Below, in pieces: positions 1-16,189 of a stretch of 64,000 bases of DNA (the stretch's first letter is position 1; the number at the start of each line of letters is the position of its first letter). Below the pieces are notes generated by a model. The model did not search any database. It saw nothing but the letters and a program-made list of their open reading frames with translations, and had not been told where the DNA came from. Source of the DNA: Eledone cirrhosa (lineage: Eukaryota); contig OZ024743.1 of the NCBI GenBank assembly GCA_964016885.1, forward strand, positions 211,606,001 to 211,670,000, in the 5' to 3' direction. The position numbers were made by a program, and so were the translations under genes.

Positions 1-345
1 ATATATACCAGGATTACTGGATATATGTCATATATACCAGGATTACTGGATATATGTCATATATACGAGGATTACTGGATATATGTCATATATACCAGTA
101 TTATTGGATATATGTCATATATACCAGGATTACTGGATATATGTCATATATACCAGGATTACTGTATATATGTCATATATACCAGGATTACTGGATATAT
201 CTCATATATACCAGGATTACTGGATATATGTCATATATACCAGGATTACTGGATATATGTCATATATACCAGGATTACTGGATATATGTCATATATACCA
301 GGATTTCTGGATATATCTCATATATACCAGGATTACTGGATATAT

Positions 346-377
346 GTCATATATCCAGTAATCCTAGTATATATGAC
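346..377 (-). repeat. Single Sat29 monomer inverted in place (first of 8 copies)
   Basis: GTCATATATCCAGTAATCCTAGTATATATGAC is the reverse complement of a monomer of the ACTAGG variant. It also occurs at 2552, 4054, 7380, 16620, 16678, 21445 and 21503. Confidence 0.95.
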
Positions 378-1858
378 ATATATACCAGGATTACTGGATA
401 TATGTCATATATACCAGGATTACTGGATATATGTCATATATAGCAGGATTACTGCATATATGTCATATATACCAGGATTACTGGATATATGTCATATACA
501 CCAGGATTTTTGCATATATGTCATATATACCAGTATTACTGGATATATGTCATATATACTAGGATTACTGGATATATCTCATATATACCAGGTTTACTGG
601 ATATATGTCATATATACCAGGATTACTGGATATATGTCATATATACCAGGATTACTAGATATATCTCATATAGACCAGGATTACTGGATATATGTCATAT
701 ATACCAGGAATACTGGATATATGTAATATATACCAGGATTATTGGATATATGTCATATATACCAGGATTACTGGATATATGTCATATATACCAGGATTAC
801 TGGATATATGTCATATACACCTGGATTACTGGATATATGTCATATATACCAGGATTACTCGATATATGTCATATATACCAGGATTACTGGATATATGTCA
901 TATATACTAGGATTACTGGATATGTCATATATACCAGGATGACTGGATATATGTCATATATACCAGGATTACTGGATATATGTCATATATACTAGGATTA
1001 CTGGATATATCTGATATATACCAGGATTACTGGATATATGTCATATATACCAGGATTACTGGATATATGTCATATATACCAGGATTACTGGATATATCTC
1101 ATATATAACAGGATTACTGGATATATGTCATATATACCAGGATTACTTTATATATGTCATATATACCAGGAATACTGGATATATGTCATATATACCAGGA
1201 TTACTGGATATATGTCATATATACCAGTATTACTGGATATATGTCATATATACCTGGATTACTGGATATATGTCATATATACCAGGATTACTGAATATAT
1301 GTCATATATACCAGGAATACTGGATATATGTCATATATACCAGGATTACTGGATATATCTCATATATACCAGGATTACTGGATATATGTCATATATACAA
1401 GGATTACTGGATATATCTCATATACCAGGATTACTGGATATATCTCATATACCAGGATTACTGGATATATCTCATATATCAGGATTACTGGATATATATC
1501 ATATATACCAGGATTACTGGATATATGTCATATACCAGGATTACTGGATATATCTCAGATATACCAGGATTACTGGATATATGACATATATACCAGGATT
1601 ATTAGATATATGTCATATATACCAGGATTACTGGATATGTCATATATACCAAGATTACTGGATATATGTCATATATACCAGGATTAGTGGATATATGTCA
1701 TATACACCAGGATTACTGGATATATCTCATACATACCAGGATTACTGGATATATGTCATATATACCATGATTACTGGATATATGTCATATATACCAGGAT
1801 TACTGGATATATCTCATATATACCAGGATTACTGGATATATGTCATATATACCAGGAT

Positions 1859-1959
1859 CGCCGAGGTTGACTTTGCCTTTCATCCTTACGGGGTCGATAA
1901 AATAAAGTACCAGTAATGCATTGGGTAATTGCTGGCCTTGTGCCTAAAGTAGAAACAAT
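1859..1959 (+). mobile_element. 5'-truncated SINE fragment (Octopus-type, tRNA-derived) inserted in Sat29, copy 1
   Basis: A 101-bp non-satellite sequence CGCCGAGGTTGACTTTGCCTTTCATCCTTACGGGGTCGATAAAATAAAGTACCAG...GGCCTTGTGCCTAAAGTAGAAACAAT splits a monomer at CCAGGAT/TATTGG. The core GACTTTGCCTTTCATCCTT.CGGGGTCGATAAA and the 3' end match my recollection of an abundant octopus SINE; no database search was run. Confidence 0.85.
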
Positions 1960-4900
1960 TATTGGATATATGTCATATATACCAGGATTACTGGATATAT
2001 CTCATATATACCAGGATTAGTGGATATATGTCATATATACCAGGATTACTGGATATATCTCATACATACCAGGATTACTGGATATATCTCATATATACCA
2101 GGATTAGTGGATATATGTCATATATACCAGGATTACTGGATATATCTCATACATACCAGGATTACTGGATATATATCATATATACCAGGATTACTGGATA
2201 TATGTGATATATACCAGGATTACTGGATATATCTCATATATACCAGGATTACTGGATATATGTCATATATACCAGGATTACTGGATATATGTCATATATA
2301 CCAGGATTACTGGATATATCTCATACATACCAGGATTACTGGATATATGTCATATATACCAGGATTACTGGATATATGTCATATATACCAGGATTACTGG
2401 ATATATCTCATATATACCAGGATTACTGGATATATGTCATATATACCAGGATTATTGGATATATGTCATATATACCAGGATTACTGGATATATCTCATAT
2501 ATACCAGGATTAGTGGATATATGTCATATATACCAGGATTACTGGATATATGTCATATATCCAGTAATCCTAGTATATATGACATATATACCAGGATTAC
2601 TGGATATATCTCATATATACCAGGATTACTGGATATATGTCATATATACCAGGATTACTGGATATATGTCATATATACCTGGATTACTGGATATGTCATA
2701 TATACCAGGATGAATGGATATATGTCATATATATCAGGAATACTGGATATATGTCATATATACCAGGATTACTGGATATATGTCATATATACCAGGAATA
2801 CTGAATATATCTCATATACCAGGATTACTGGATATATCTCACATACAAGGATTACTGGATATATCTCATATACCAGGATTACTGGATATATCTCATATGC
2901 CAGGATTACTGGATATATATCATATATACCAGGATTACTGGATATATGTCATATACCAGGATTACTGGATATATCTCATATATACCAGGATTACTGGATA
3001 TATGACATACATACCAGGATTATTAGATATATGTCATATATACCAGGATTACTGGATATATCTCATATATACCAGGATTACTGGATATATGTCATATATA
3101 CCAGGATTATTGAATATATGTCATATATACCAGGATTACTGGATATATGTCATATATACCAGGATTACTGGATATATGTCATATATACGAGGATTACTGG
3201 ATATATGTCATATATACCAGGATTATTGGATATATGTCATATATACCAGGATTACTGGATATATGTCATATATACCATGAATACTGGATATTACTGGATA
3301 TATGTCATATATACCAGGATTACTGGATATATGTCATATATACCAGGATTACTGGATATAAGTCATATATACCTGGATTACTGGATATATGTCATATATA
3401 GCAGGAATACTGGATATATGTCATATATACCAGGATTACTGGATATATCTCATATATACCAGGATTACTGGATATATGTCATATATACCAGGATTACTGG
3501 ATATATGTCATATACCAGGATTACTGGATATATCTCATATTCCAAGATTACTGGATATATATCATATATACCAGGATTACTGGATATATGACATATATAC
3601 CAGGATTATTAGATATATGTCATACATACCAGCGTTATTGGATATATCTCATATATACCAGGATTACTGGATATATGTCATATATACCAGGAGTATTGGA
3701 TGTATGTCATATATACCAGGATTACTGGATATATGTCATATATACCAGGATTACTGGATATATGTCATATATACGAGGATTACTGGATATATGTCATATA
3801 TACCAGTATTATTGGATATATGTCATATATACCAGGATTACTGGATATATGTCATATATACCAGGATTACTGTATATATGTCATATATACCAGGATTACT
3901 GGATATATGTCATATATACCAGGATTACTGGATATATGTCATATATACCAGGATTACTGGATATATGTCATATATACCAGGATTACTGGATATATGTCAT
4001 ATATACCAGGATTTCTGGATATATCTCATATATACCAGGATTACTGGATATATGTCATATATCCAGTAATCCTAGTATATATGACATATATACCAGGATT
4101 ACTGGATATATGTCATATATACCAGGATTACTGGATATATGTCATATATAGCAGGATTACTGCATATATGTCATATATACCAGGATTACTGGATATATGT
4201 CATATACACCAGGATTTTTGCATATATGTCATATAAACCAGGATTACTGGATATATGTCATATATACCAGGATTACTGGATATATGTCATATACACCTGG
4301 ATTACTGGATATATGTCATATATACCAGGATTACTAGATATATCTCATATAGACCAGGATTACTGGATATATGTCATATATACCAGGAATACTGGATATA
4401 TGTAATATATACCAGGATTATTGGATATATGTCATATAAACCAGGATTACTGGATATATGTCATATATACCAGGATTACTGGATATATGTCATATACACC
4501 TGGATTACTGGATATATGTCATATATACCAGGATTACTCGATATATGTCATATATACCAGGATTACTGGATATATGTCATATATACTAGGATTACTGGAT
4601 ATGTCATATATACCAGGATGACTGGATATATGTCATATATACCAGGATTACTGGATATATGTCATATATACTAGGATTACTGGATATATCTGATATATAC
4701 CAGGATTACTGGATATATGTCATATATACCAGGATTACTGGATATATGTCATATATACCAGGATTACTGGATATATCTCATATATAACAGGATTACTGGA
4801 TATATGTCATATATACCAGGATTACTTTATATATGTCATATATACCAGGAATACTGGATATATGTCATATATACCAGGATTACTGGATATATGTCATATA

Positions 4901-5537
4901 TACCAGTATTACTGGATATATGTCATATATACCTGGATTACTGGATATATGTCATATATACCAGGATTACTGAATATATGTCATATATACCAGGAATACT
5001 GGATATATGTCATATATACCAGGATTACTGGATATATCTCATATATACCAGGATTACTGGATATATGTCATATATACAAGGATTACTGGATATATCTCAT
5101 ATACCAGGATTACTGGATATATCTCATATACCAGGATTACTGGATATATCTCATATATCAGGATTACTGGATATATATCATATATACCAGGATTACTGGA
5201 TATATGTCATATACCAGGATTACTGGATATATCTCAGATATACCAGGATTACTGGATATATGACATATATACCAGGATTATTAGATATATGTCATATATA
5301 CCAGGATTACTGGATATGTCATATATACCAAGATTACTGGATATATGTCATATATACCAGGATTAGTGGATATATGTCATATACACCAGGATTACTGGAT
5401 ATATCTCATACATACCAGGATTACTGGATATATGTCATATATACCATGATTACTGGATATATGTCATATATACCAGGATTACTGGATATATCTCATATAT
5501 ACCAGGATTACTGGATATATGTCATATATACCAGGAT

Positions 5538-5638
5538 CGCCGAGGTTGACTTTGCCTTTCATCCTTACGGGGTCGATAAAATAAAGTACCAGTAATGCAT
5601 TGGGTAATTGCTGGCCTTGTGCCTAAAGTAGAAACAAT
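5538..5638 (+). mobile_element. SINE fragment, copy 2 (identical to copy 1, same junctions)
   Basis: Same 101-bp sequence and the same flanking monomer variants, 3679 bp downstream of copy 1. Confidence 0.85.
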
Positions 5639-8600
5639 TATTGGATATATGTCATATATACCAGGATTACTGGATATATCTCATATATACCAGGATTAGT
5701 GGATATATGTCATATATACCAGGATTACTGGATATATCTCATACATACCAGGATTACTGGATATATCTCATATATACCAGGATTAGTGGATATATGTCAT
5801 ATATACCAGGATTACTGGATATATCTCATACATACCAGGATTACTGGATATATATCATATATACCAGGATTACTGGATATATGTGATATATACCAGGATT
5901 ACTGGATATATCTCATATATACCAGGATTACTGGATATATGTCATATATACCAGGATTACTGGATATATGTCATATATACCAGGATTACTGGATATATGT
6001 CATATATACCAGGATTACTGGATATATGTCATATAGACTAGGATTACTGGATATATGTCATATGTACCAGGATTACTGGATATATGCCATATATACCAGG
6101 ATTACTGGATATATCTCATACATACCAGGATTAATGGATATATGTCATATATACCAGGATTACTGGATATATGTCATATATACCAGGATTACTGGATATA
6201 TCTCATATATACCAGGATTACTGGATATATGTCATATATACCAGGATTATTGGATATATGTCATATATACCAGGATTACTGGATATATCTCATATATACC
6301 AGGATTAGTGGATATATGTCATATATACCAGGATTACTGGATATATCTCATACATACCAGGATTACTGGATATATGTCATATATACCAGGATTGCTGGAT
6401 ATATGTCATATATACCAGGATTACTGGATATATCTCATATATACCAGGATTGCTGGATATATGTCATATATACCAGGATTACTGGATATATGTCATATAT
6501 ACCAGGATTACTGGATATATGTCATATAGACTAGGATTACTGGATATATGTCATATGTACCAGGATTACTGGATATATGCCATATATACCAGGATTACTG
6601 GATATATCTCATATATACCAGGATTACTGGATATATTCTTATATATACCAAGAATACTGGATATATGTCATATATACCAGGATTACTGGATATATGTCAT
6701 ATATACCAAGATTACTAGATATATGTCATATATACCAGGATTACTGGATATATCCCATATATACCAGGATTACTGGATATATGTCATATATACCAGGAAT
6801 ACTGGATATATGTCATATATACCAGGATTACTGGATATATCTCACATATACCTGGATTACTGGATATGTCATATATACCAGGATTACTGGATATATGTCA
6901 TATATATCAGGAATACTGGATATATGTCATATATACCAGGATTACTGGATATATGTCATATATACCAGGATTACTGAATATATCTCATATACCAGGATTA
7001 CTGGATATATCTCATATACAAGGATTACTGGATATATCTCATATACCAGGATTACTGGATATATCTCATATGCCAGGATTACTGGATATATATCATATAT
7101 ACCAGGATTACTGGATATATGTCATATACCAGGATTACTGGATATATCTCATATATACCAGGATTACTGGATATATGTCATATATACCAGGATTACTGTA
7201 TATATGTCATATATACCAGGATTACTGGATATATCTCATATATACCAGGATTACTGGATATATGTCATATATACCAGGATTACTGGATATATGTCATATA
7301 TACCAGGATTACTGGATATATGTCATATATACCAGGATTTCTGGATATATCTCATATATACCAGGATTACTGGATATATGTCATATATCCAGTAATCCTA
7401 GTATATATGACATATATACCAGGATTACTGGATATATGTCATATATACCAGGATTACTGGATATATGTCATATATAGCAGGATTACTGCATATATGTCAT
7501 ATATACCAGGATTACTGGATATATGTCATATACACCAGGATTTTTGCATATATGTCATATATACCAGTATTACTGGATATATGTCATATATACTAGGATT
7601 ACTGGATATATCTCATATATACCAGGTTTACTGGATATATGTCATATATACCAGGATTACTGGATATATGTCATATATACCAGGATTACTAGATATATCT
7701 CATATAGACCAGGATTACTGGATATATGTCATATATACCAGGAATACTGGATATATGTAATATATACCAGGATTATTGGATATATGTCATATATACCAGG
7801 ATTACTGGATATATGTCATATATACCAGGATTACTGGATATATGTCATATACACCTGGATTACTGGATATATGTCATATATACCAGGATTACTCGATATA
7901 TGTCATATATACCAGGATTACTGGATATATGTCATATATACTAGGATTACTGGATATGTCATATATACCAGGATGACTGGATATATGTCATATATACCAG
8001 GATTACTGGATATATGTCATATATACTAGGATTACTGGATATATCTGATATATACCAGGATTACTGGATATATGTCATATATACCAGGATTACTGGATAT
8101 ATGTCATATATACCAGGATTACTGGATATATCTCATATATAACAGGATTACTGGATATATGTCATATATACCAGGATTACTTTATATATGTCATATATAC
8201 CAGGAATACTGGATATATGTCATATATACCAGGATTACTGGATATATGTCATATATACCAGTATTACTGGATATATGTCATATATACCTGGATTACTGGA
8301 TATATGTCATATATACCAGGATTACTGAATATATGTCATATATACCAGGAATACTGGATATATGTCATATATACCAGGATTACTGGATATATCTCATATA
8401 TACCAGGATTACTGGATATATGTCATATATACAAGGATTACTGGATATATCTCATATACCAGGATTACTGGATATATCTCATATACCAGGATTACTGGAT
8501 ATATCTCATATATCAGGATTACTGGATATATATCATATATACCAGGATTACTGGATATATGTCATATACCAGGATTACTGGATATATCTCAGATATACCA

Positions 8601-8892
8601 GGATTACTGGATATATGACATATATACCAGGATTATTAGATATATGTCATATATACCAGGATTACTGGATATGTCATATATACCAAGATTACTGGATATA
8701 TGTCATATATACCAGGATTAGTGGATATATGTCATATACACCAGGATTACTGGATATATCTCATACATACCAGGATTACTGGATATATGTCATATATACC
8801 ATGATTACTGGATATATGTCATATATACCAGGATTACTGGATATATCTCATATATACCAGGATTACTGGATATATGTCATATATACCAGGAT

Positions 8893-8993
8893 CGCCGAGG
8901 TTGACTTTGCCTTTCATCCTTACGGGGTCGATAAAATAAAGTACCAGTAATGCATTGGGTAATTGCTGGCCTTGTGCCTAAAGTAGAAACAAT
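8893..8993 (+). mobile_element. SINE fragment, copy 3 (identical to copy 1, same junctions)
   Basis: Same 101-bp sequence and flanks, 3355 bp downstream of copy 2. Confidence 0.85.
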
Positions 8994-10249
8994 TATTGGA
9001 TATATGTCATATATACCAGGATTACTGGATATATCTCATATATACCAGGATTAGTGGATATATGTCATATATACCAGGATTACTGGATATATCTCATACA
9101 TACCAGGATTACTGGATATATCTCATATATACCAGGATTAGTGGATATATGTCATATATACCAGGATTACTGGATATATCTCATACATACCAGGATTACT
9201 GGATATATATCATATATACCAGGATTACTGGATATATGTGATATATACCAGGATTACTGGATATATCTCATATATACCAGGATTACTGGATATATGTCAT
9301 ATATACCAGGATTACTGGATATATGTCATATATACCAGGATTACTGGATATATGTCATATATACCAGGATTACTGGATATATGTCATATAGACTAGGATT
9401 ACTGGATATATGTCATATGTACCAGGATTACTGGATATATGCCATATATACCAGGATTACTGGATATATCTCATACATACCAGGATTAATGGATATATGT
9501 CATATATACCAGGATTACTGGATATATGTCATATATACAAGGATTACTGGATATATCTCATATATACCAGGATTACTGGATATATGTCATATATACCAGG
9601 ATTATTGGATATATGTCATATATACCAGGATTACTGGATATATCTCATATATACCAGGATTAGTGGATATATGTCATATATACCAGGATTACTGGATATA
9701 TCTCATACATACCAGGATTACTGGATATATGTCATATATACCAGGATTGCTGGATATATGTCATATATACCAGGATTACTGGATATATCTCATATATACC
9801 AGGATTGCTGGATATATGTCATATATACCAGGATTACTGGATATATGTCATATATACCAGGATTACTGGATATATGTCATATAGACTAGGATTACTGGAT
9901 ATATGTCATATGTACCAGGATTACTGGATATATGCCATATATACCAGGATTACTGGATATATCTCATATATACCAGGATTACTGGATATATTCTTATATA
10001 TACCAAGAATACTGGATATATGTCATATATACCAGGATTACTGGATATATGTCATATATACCAAGATTACTAGATATATGTCATATATACCAGGATTACT
10101 GGATATATCCCATATATACCAGGATTACTGGATATATGTCATATATACCAGGAATACTGGATATATGTCATATATACCAGGATTACTGGATATATCTCAC
10201 ATATACCTGGATTACTGGATATGTCATATATACCAGGATTACTGGATAT

Positions 10250-13200
10250 ATGTCATATATATCAGGAATACTGGATATATGTCATATATACCAGGATTAC
10301 TGAATATATCTCATATACCAGGATTACTGGATATATCTCATATACAAGGATTACTGGATATATCTCATATACCAGGATTACTGGATATATCTCATATGCC
10401 AGGATTACTGGATATATATCATATATACCAGGATTACTGGATATATGTCATATACCAGGATTACTGGATATATCTCATATATACCAGGATTACTGGATAT
10501 ATGACATACATACCAGGATTATTAGATATATGTCATATATACCAGGATTACTGGATATATCTCATATATACCAGGATTACTGGATATATGTCATATATAC
10601 CAGGATTATTGAATATATGTCATATATACCAGGATTACTGGATATATGTCATATATACCAGGATTACTGGATATATGTCATATATACGAGGATTACTGGA
10701 TATATGTCATATATACCACGATTATTGGATATATGTCATATATACCAGGATTACTGGATATATGTCATATACCAGGATTACTGGATATATCTCATATATA
10801 CCAGGATTACTGGATATATGACATACATACAAGGATTATTAGATATATGTCATATATACCAGGATTACTGGATATATCTCATATATACCAGGATTACTGG
10901 ATATATGTCATATATACCAGGATTACTGGATATATGTCATATATACCAGGATTACTGGATATATCTCATATATACCAGGATTACTGGATATATGTCATAT
11001 ATACCAGGATTACTGGATATATCTCATATACCAGGATTACTGGATATATCTCATATTCCAGGATTACTGGATATATATCATATATACGAGGATTACTGGA
11101 TATATATCATATATACCAGGATTACTGGATATATGTCATATATACCAGCAATACTGTATATATGTCATATATACCAGGATTACTGGATATATGTCATATA
11201 TACCAGGATTATGGATATATGTAATATATACGAGGATTACTGGATATATCTCATATACCAGGATTACTGGATATATCTCATATACCAGGATTACTGGATA
11301 TATATCATATATACCAGGTTTACTGGATATATGTCATATACCAGGATTACTGGATATATCTCATATATACCAAGATTACTGGATATATGACATATATACC
11401 AGGATTATTAGATATATGTCATATATACCAGGATTACTGGAAATATGTCATATATACCAGGATTACTGGATATATGTCATATATACTAGGATTACTGGAT
11501 ATGTCATATATACCAGGATTACTGGATATATGTCATATAGACCAGGATTACTGGATATATGTCATATCTACCAGGATTACTGGATATATGTCATATATAC
11601 CAGGATTACTGGATATATGTCATATATACCAGGATTACTGGATATATGTCATATATACCTGGATTACTGGATATATGTCATATATACCAGAATTACTGGA
11701 TATATGTCATATATACCAGGATTACTGGATATATGTCATATAGACTAGGATTACTGGATATATGTCATATGTACCAGGATTACTGGATATATGCCATATA
11801 TACCAGGATTACTGGATATATCTCATACATACCAGGATTACTGGATATATGTCATATATACCAGGATTACTGGATATATGTCATATATACCAGGATTACT
11901 GGATATATCTCATATATACCAGGATTACTGGATATATGTCATATATACCAGGATTATTGGATATATGTCATATATACCAGGATTACTGGATATATCTCAT
12001 ATATACCAGGATTAGTGGATATATGTCATATATACCAGGATTACTGGATATATCTCATACATACCAGGATTACTGGATATATGTCATATATACCAGGATT
12101 ACTGGATATATGTCATATATACCAGGATTACTGGATATATCTCATATATACCAGGATTGCTGGATATATGTCATATATACCAGGATTACTGGATATATGT
12201 CATATATACCAGGATTACTGGATATATGTCATATATACCAGGATTACTGGATATATGTCATATAGACTAGGATTACTGGATATATGTCATATGTACCAGG
12301 ATTACTGGATATATTCCATATATACCAGGATTACTGGATATATCTCGTATATACCAGGATTACTGGATATATTCTTATATATACCAAGAATACTGGACAT
12401 ATGTCATATATACCAGGATTACTGGATATATGTAATATATACCAAGATTACTAGATATATGTCATATATACCAGGATTACTGGATATATCCCATATATAC
12501 CAGGATTACTGGATATATGTCATATATACCAGGAATACTGGATATATGTCATATATACCAGGATTACTGGATATATCTCACATATACCTGGATTACTGGA
12601 TATGTCATATATACCAGGATTACTGGATATATGTCATATATATCAGGAATACTGGATATATGTCATATATACCAGGATTACTGGATATATGTCATATATA
12701 CCAGGATTACTGAATATATCTCATATACCAGGATTACTGGATATATCTCATATACAAGGATTACTGGATATATCTCATATACCAGGATTACTGGATATAT
12801 CTCATATGCCAGGATTACTGGATATATATCATATATACCAGGATTACTGGATATATGTCATATACCAGGATTACTGGATATATCTCATATATACCAGGAT
12901 TACTGGATATATGACATACATACCAGGATTATTAGATATATGTCATATATACCAGGATTACTGGATATATCTCATATATACCAGGATTACTGGATATATG
13001 TCATATATACCAGGATTATTGAATATATGTCATATATACCAGGATTACTGGATATATGTCATATATACCAGGATTACTGGATATATGTCATATATACGAA
13101 GATTACTGGATATATGTCATATATACCACGATTATTGGATATATGTCATATATACCAGGATTACTGGATATATGTCATATACCAGGATTACTGGATATAT

Positions 13201-14130
13201 CTCATATATACTAGGATTACTGGATATATGACATACATACAAGGATTATTAGATATATGTCATATATACCAGGATTACTGGATATATCTCATATATACCA
13301 GGATTACTGGATATATGTCATATATACCAGGATTACTGGATATATGTCATATATACCAGGATTACTGGATATATCTCATATATACCAGGATTACTGGATA
13401 TATGTCATATAGACCAGGATTACTGGATATATCTCATATACCAGGATTACTGGATATATCTCATATTCCAGGATTACTGGATATATATCATATATACGAG
13501 GATTACTGGATATATATCATATATACCAGGATTACTGGATATATGTCATATATACCAGCAATACTGTATATATGTCATATATACCAGGATTACTGGATAT
13601 ATCTCATATATACCAGGATTACTGGATATATGTAATATATACGAGGATTACTGGATATATCTCATATACCAGGATTACTGGATATATCTCATATACCAGG
13701 ATTACTGGATATATATCATATATACCAGGTTTACTGGATATATGTCATATACCAGGATTACTGGATATATCTCATATATACCAAGATTACTGGATATATG
13801 ACATATATACCAGGATTATTAGATATATGTCATATATACCAGGATTACTGGAAATATGTCATATATACCAGGATTACTGGATATATGTCATATATACTAG
13901 GATTACTGGATATGTCATATATACCAGGATTACTGGATATATGTCATATAGACCAGGATTACTGGATATATGTCATATCTACCAGGATTACTGGATATAT
14001 GTCATATATACCAGGATTACTGGATATATGTCATATATACCAGGATTACTGGATATATGTCATATATACCTGGATTACTGGATATATGTCATATATACCA
14101 GAATTACTGGATATATGTCATATATACCAG
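10250..14130. repeat. About 2.4-kb-offset duplication within Sat29
   Basis: Pseudo-ORFs 11387/13798 and 11559/13970 are offset by 2411 bp. Shared rare variants include CCAGCAATACTGTA, CTGGAAATATG and CATATCTACC. Boundaries are approximate. Confidence 0.8.
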
Positions 14131-16189
14131 GATTAATGGATATATCTCACATATACCAGGATTACTGGATATATGTCATATATACCAGGATAACTGGATA
14201 TATCTCATATATACCAGGATTACTGGATATATGTCATATATACCATGAATAATGGATATATGTCATATAGACCAGGATTACTGGATATATGTCATATATA
14301 CCAGGATTACTGGATATATGTCATATATACCAGGATTACTGGATATATGTCATATATACCTGGATTACTGGATATATGTCATATATACCAAGTATACTGG
14401 ATATATGTCATATATACCAGGATCACTGGATATATCTCATATATACCAGGATTACTGGATATATGTCATATATACCAGGAATACTGGATATATGTCATAT
14501 ATACCAGGATTACTGGATATATCTCATATATACCAGGATTACTGGATATATGTCATATATACCAGGATTACTGGATATATGTCATATATACCTGGATTAC
14601 TGGATATATGTCATATATACAGGATTACTGGATATATGTCATATATACCTGGATTACTGGATATATGTCATATATACCAGGAATACTGGATATATGTCAT
14701 ATATACCAGGATTACTGGATATATCTCATATATAACAGGATTACTGGATATATGTCATATATACCAGGAATACTGGATATATGTCATATATACGAGGATT
14801 ACTGGATATATCTCATATATACCAGGATTACTGGATATATGTCATATATACCAGGAATACTGGATATATGTCATATATACCAGGATTACTGGATATATCT
14901 CATATATACCAGGATTACTGGATATATGTCATATATACCAGGATTATTGGATATATGTCATATATACCTGGATTACTGAATATATGTCATATATACAGGA
15001 TTACTGGATATATGTCATATATACCAGGATTACTGGATATATCTCATATATACCAGGATTACTGGATATATGTCATATATACCAGGATTACAGGATATAT
15101 CTCATATACCAGGATTACTGGATATATCTCATATACCAGGATTACTGGATATATCTCATATACCAGGATTACTGGATATATATCATATATACCAGGATTA
15201 CTGGATATATGTCATATACCAGGATTACTGGATATATGTCATATATACCAGGATTACCGGATATATGTCATATATACCAGGATTACTGGATATATGTCAT
15301 ATATACTTGGATTACTGGATATATGTCATATATACCAGAATTACTGGATATATGTCATATATACCAGGATTACTGGATATATCTCACATATACCAGGATT
15401 ACTGGATATATGTAATATATACCAGGAATACTGGATATATGTCATATATACCAGGATTACTGGATATATCTCATATATACCAGGATTACTGGTTATATGT
15501 CATATATACCATGAATACTGGATATATGTCATATAGACCAGGATTACTGGATATATGTCATATATACCAGGATTACTAGACATATGTCATATATACAAGG
15601 ATTACTGGATATATGTCATATATACCAGGATTACTGGATATATGTCATATATACCAGAATTACTGGATATATGTCATATATACCAGGAATACGGGATATA
15701 TGTCATATATACCAGGATTACTGGATATATCTCATATATACCAGGATTACTGGATATATGTCATATATACCAGGATTAATGAATATATGTCATATATACT
15801 AGGATTACTGTATATATGTCATATATACCAGGATTACAGGATATATGTCATATATACCAGGATTACTGGATATATGTCATATATACTAGGATTACTGGAT
15901 ATATCTGATATATACCAGGATTACTGGATATATGTCATATATACCAGGATTACTGGATATATGTCATATATACCAGGATTACTGGATATATCTCATATAT
16001 ACCAGGATTACTGGATATATGTCATATATACCAGGATTACTGGATATATGTCATATATACCAGGAATACTGGATATATGTCGTATATACCAGGATTACTG
16101 GATATATGTCATATATACCAGGATTACTGGATATATGTCATATATACCTGGATTACTGGATATATGTCATATATACCAGGATTACTGAA

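Larger units (their letters stand above)
1..10500. repeat. Higher-order repeat domain 1 of Sat29: three related units of about 3.4-3.7 kb, each with the SINE fragment
   Basis: Identical pseudo-ORFs at 1038/4717/8072, 1183/4862/8217 and 1962/5641/8996 (offsets 3679 and 3355). Boundaries are approximate. Confidence 0.9.
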
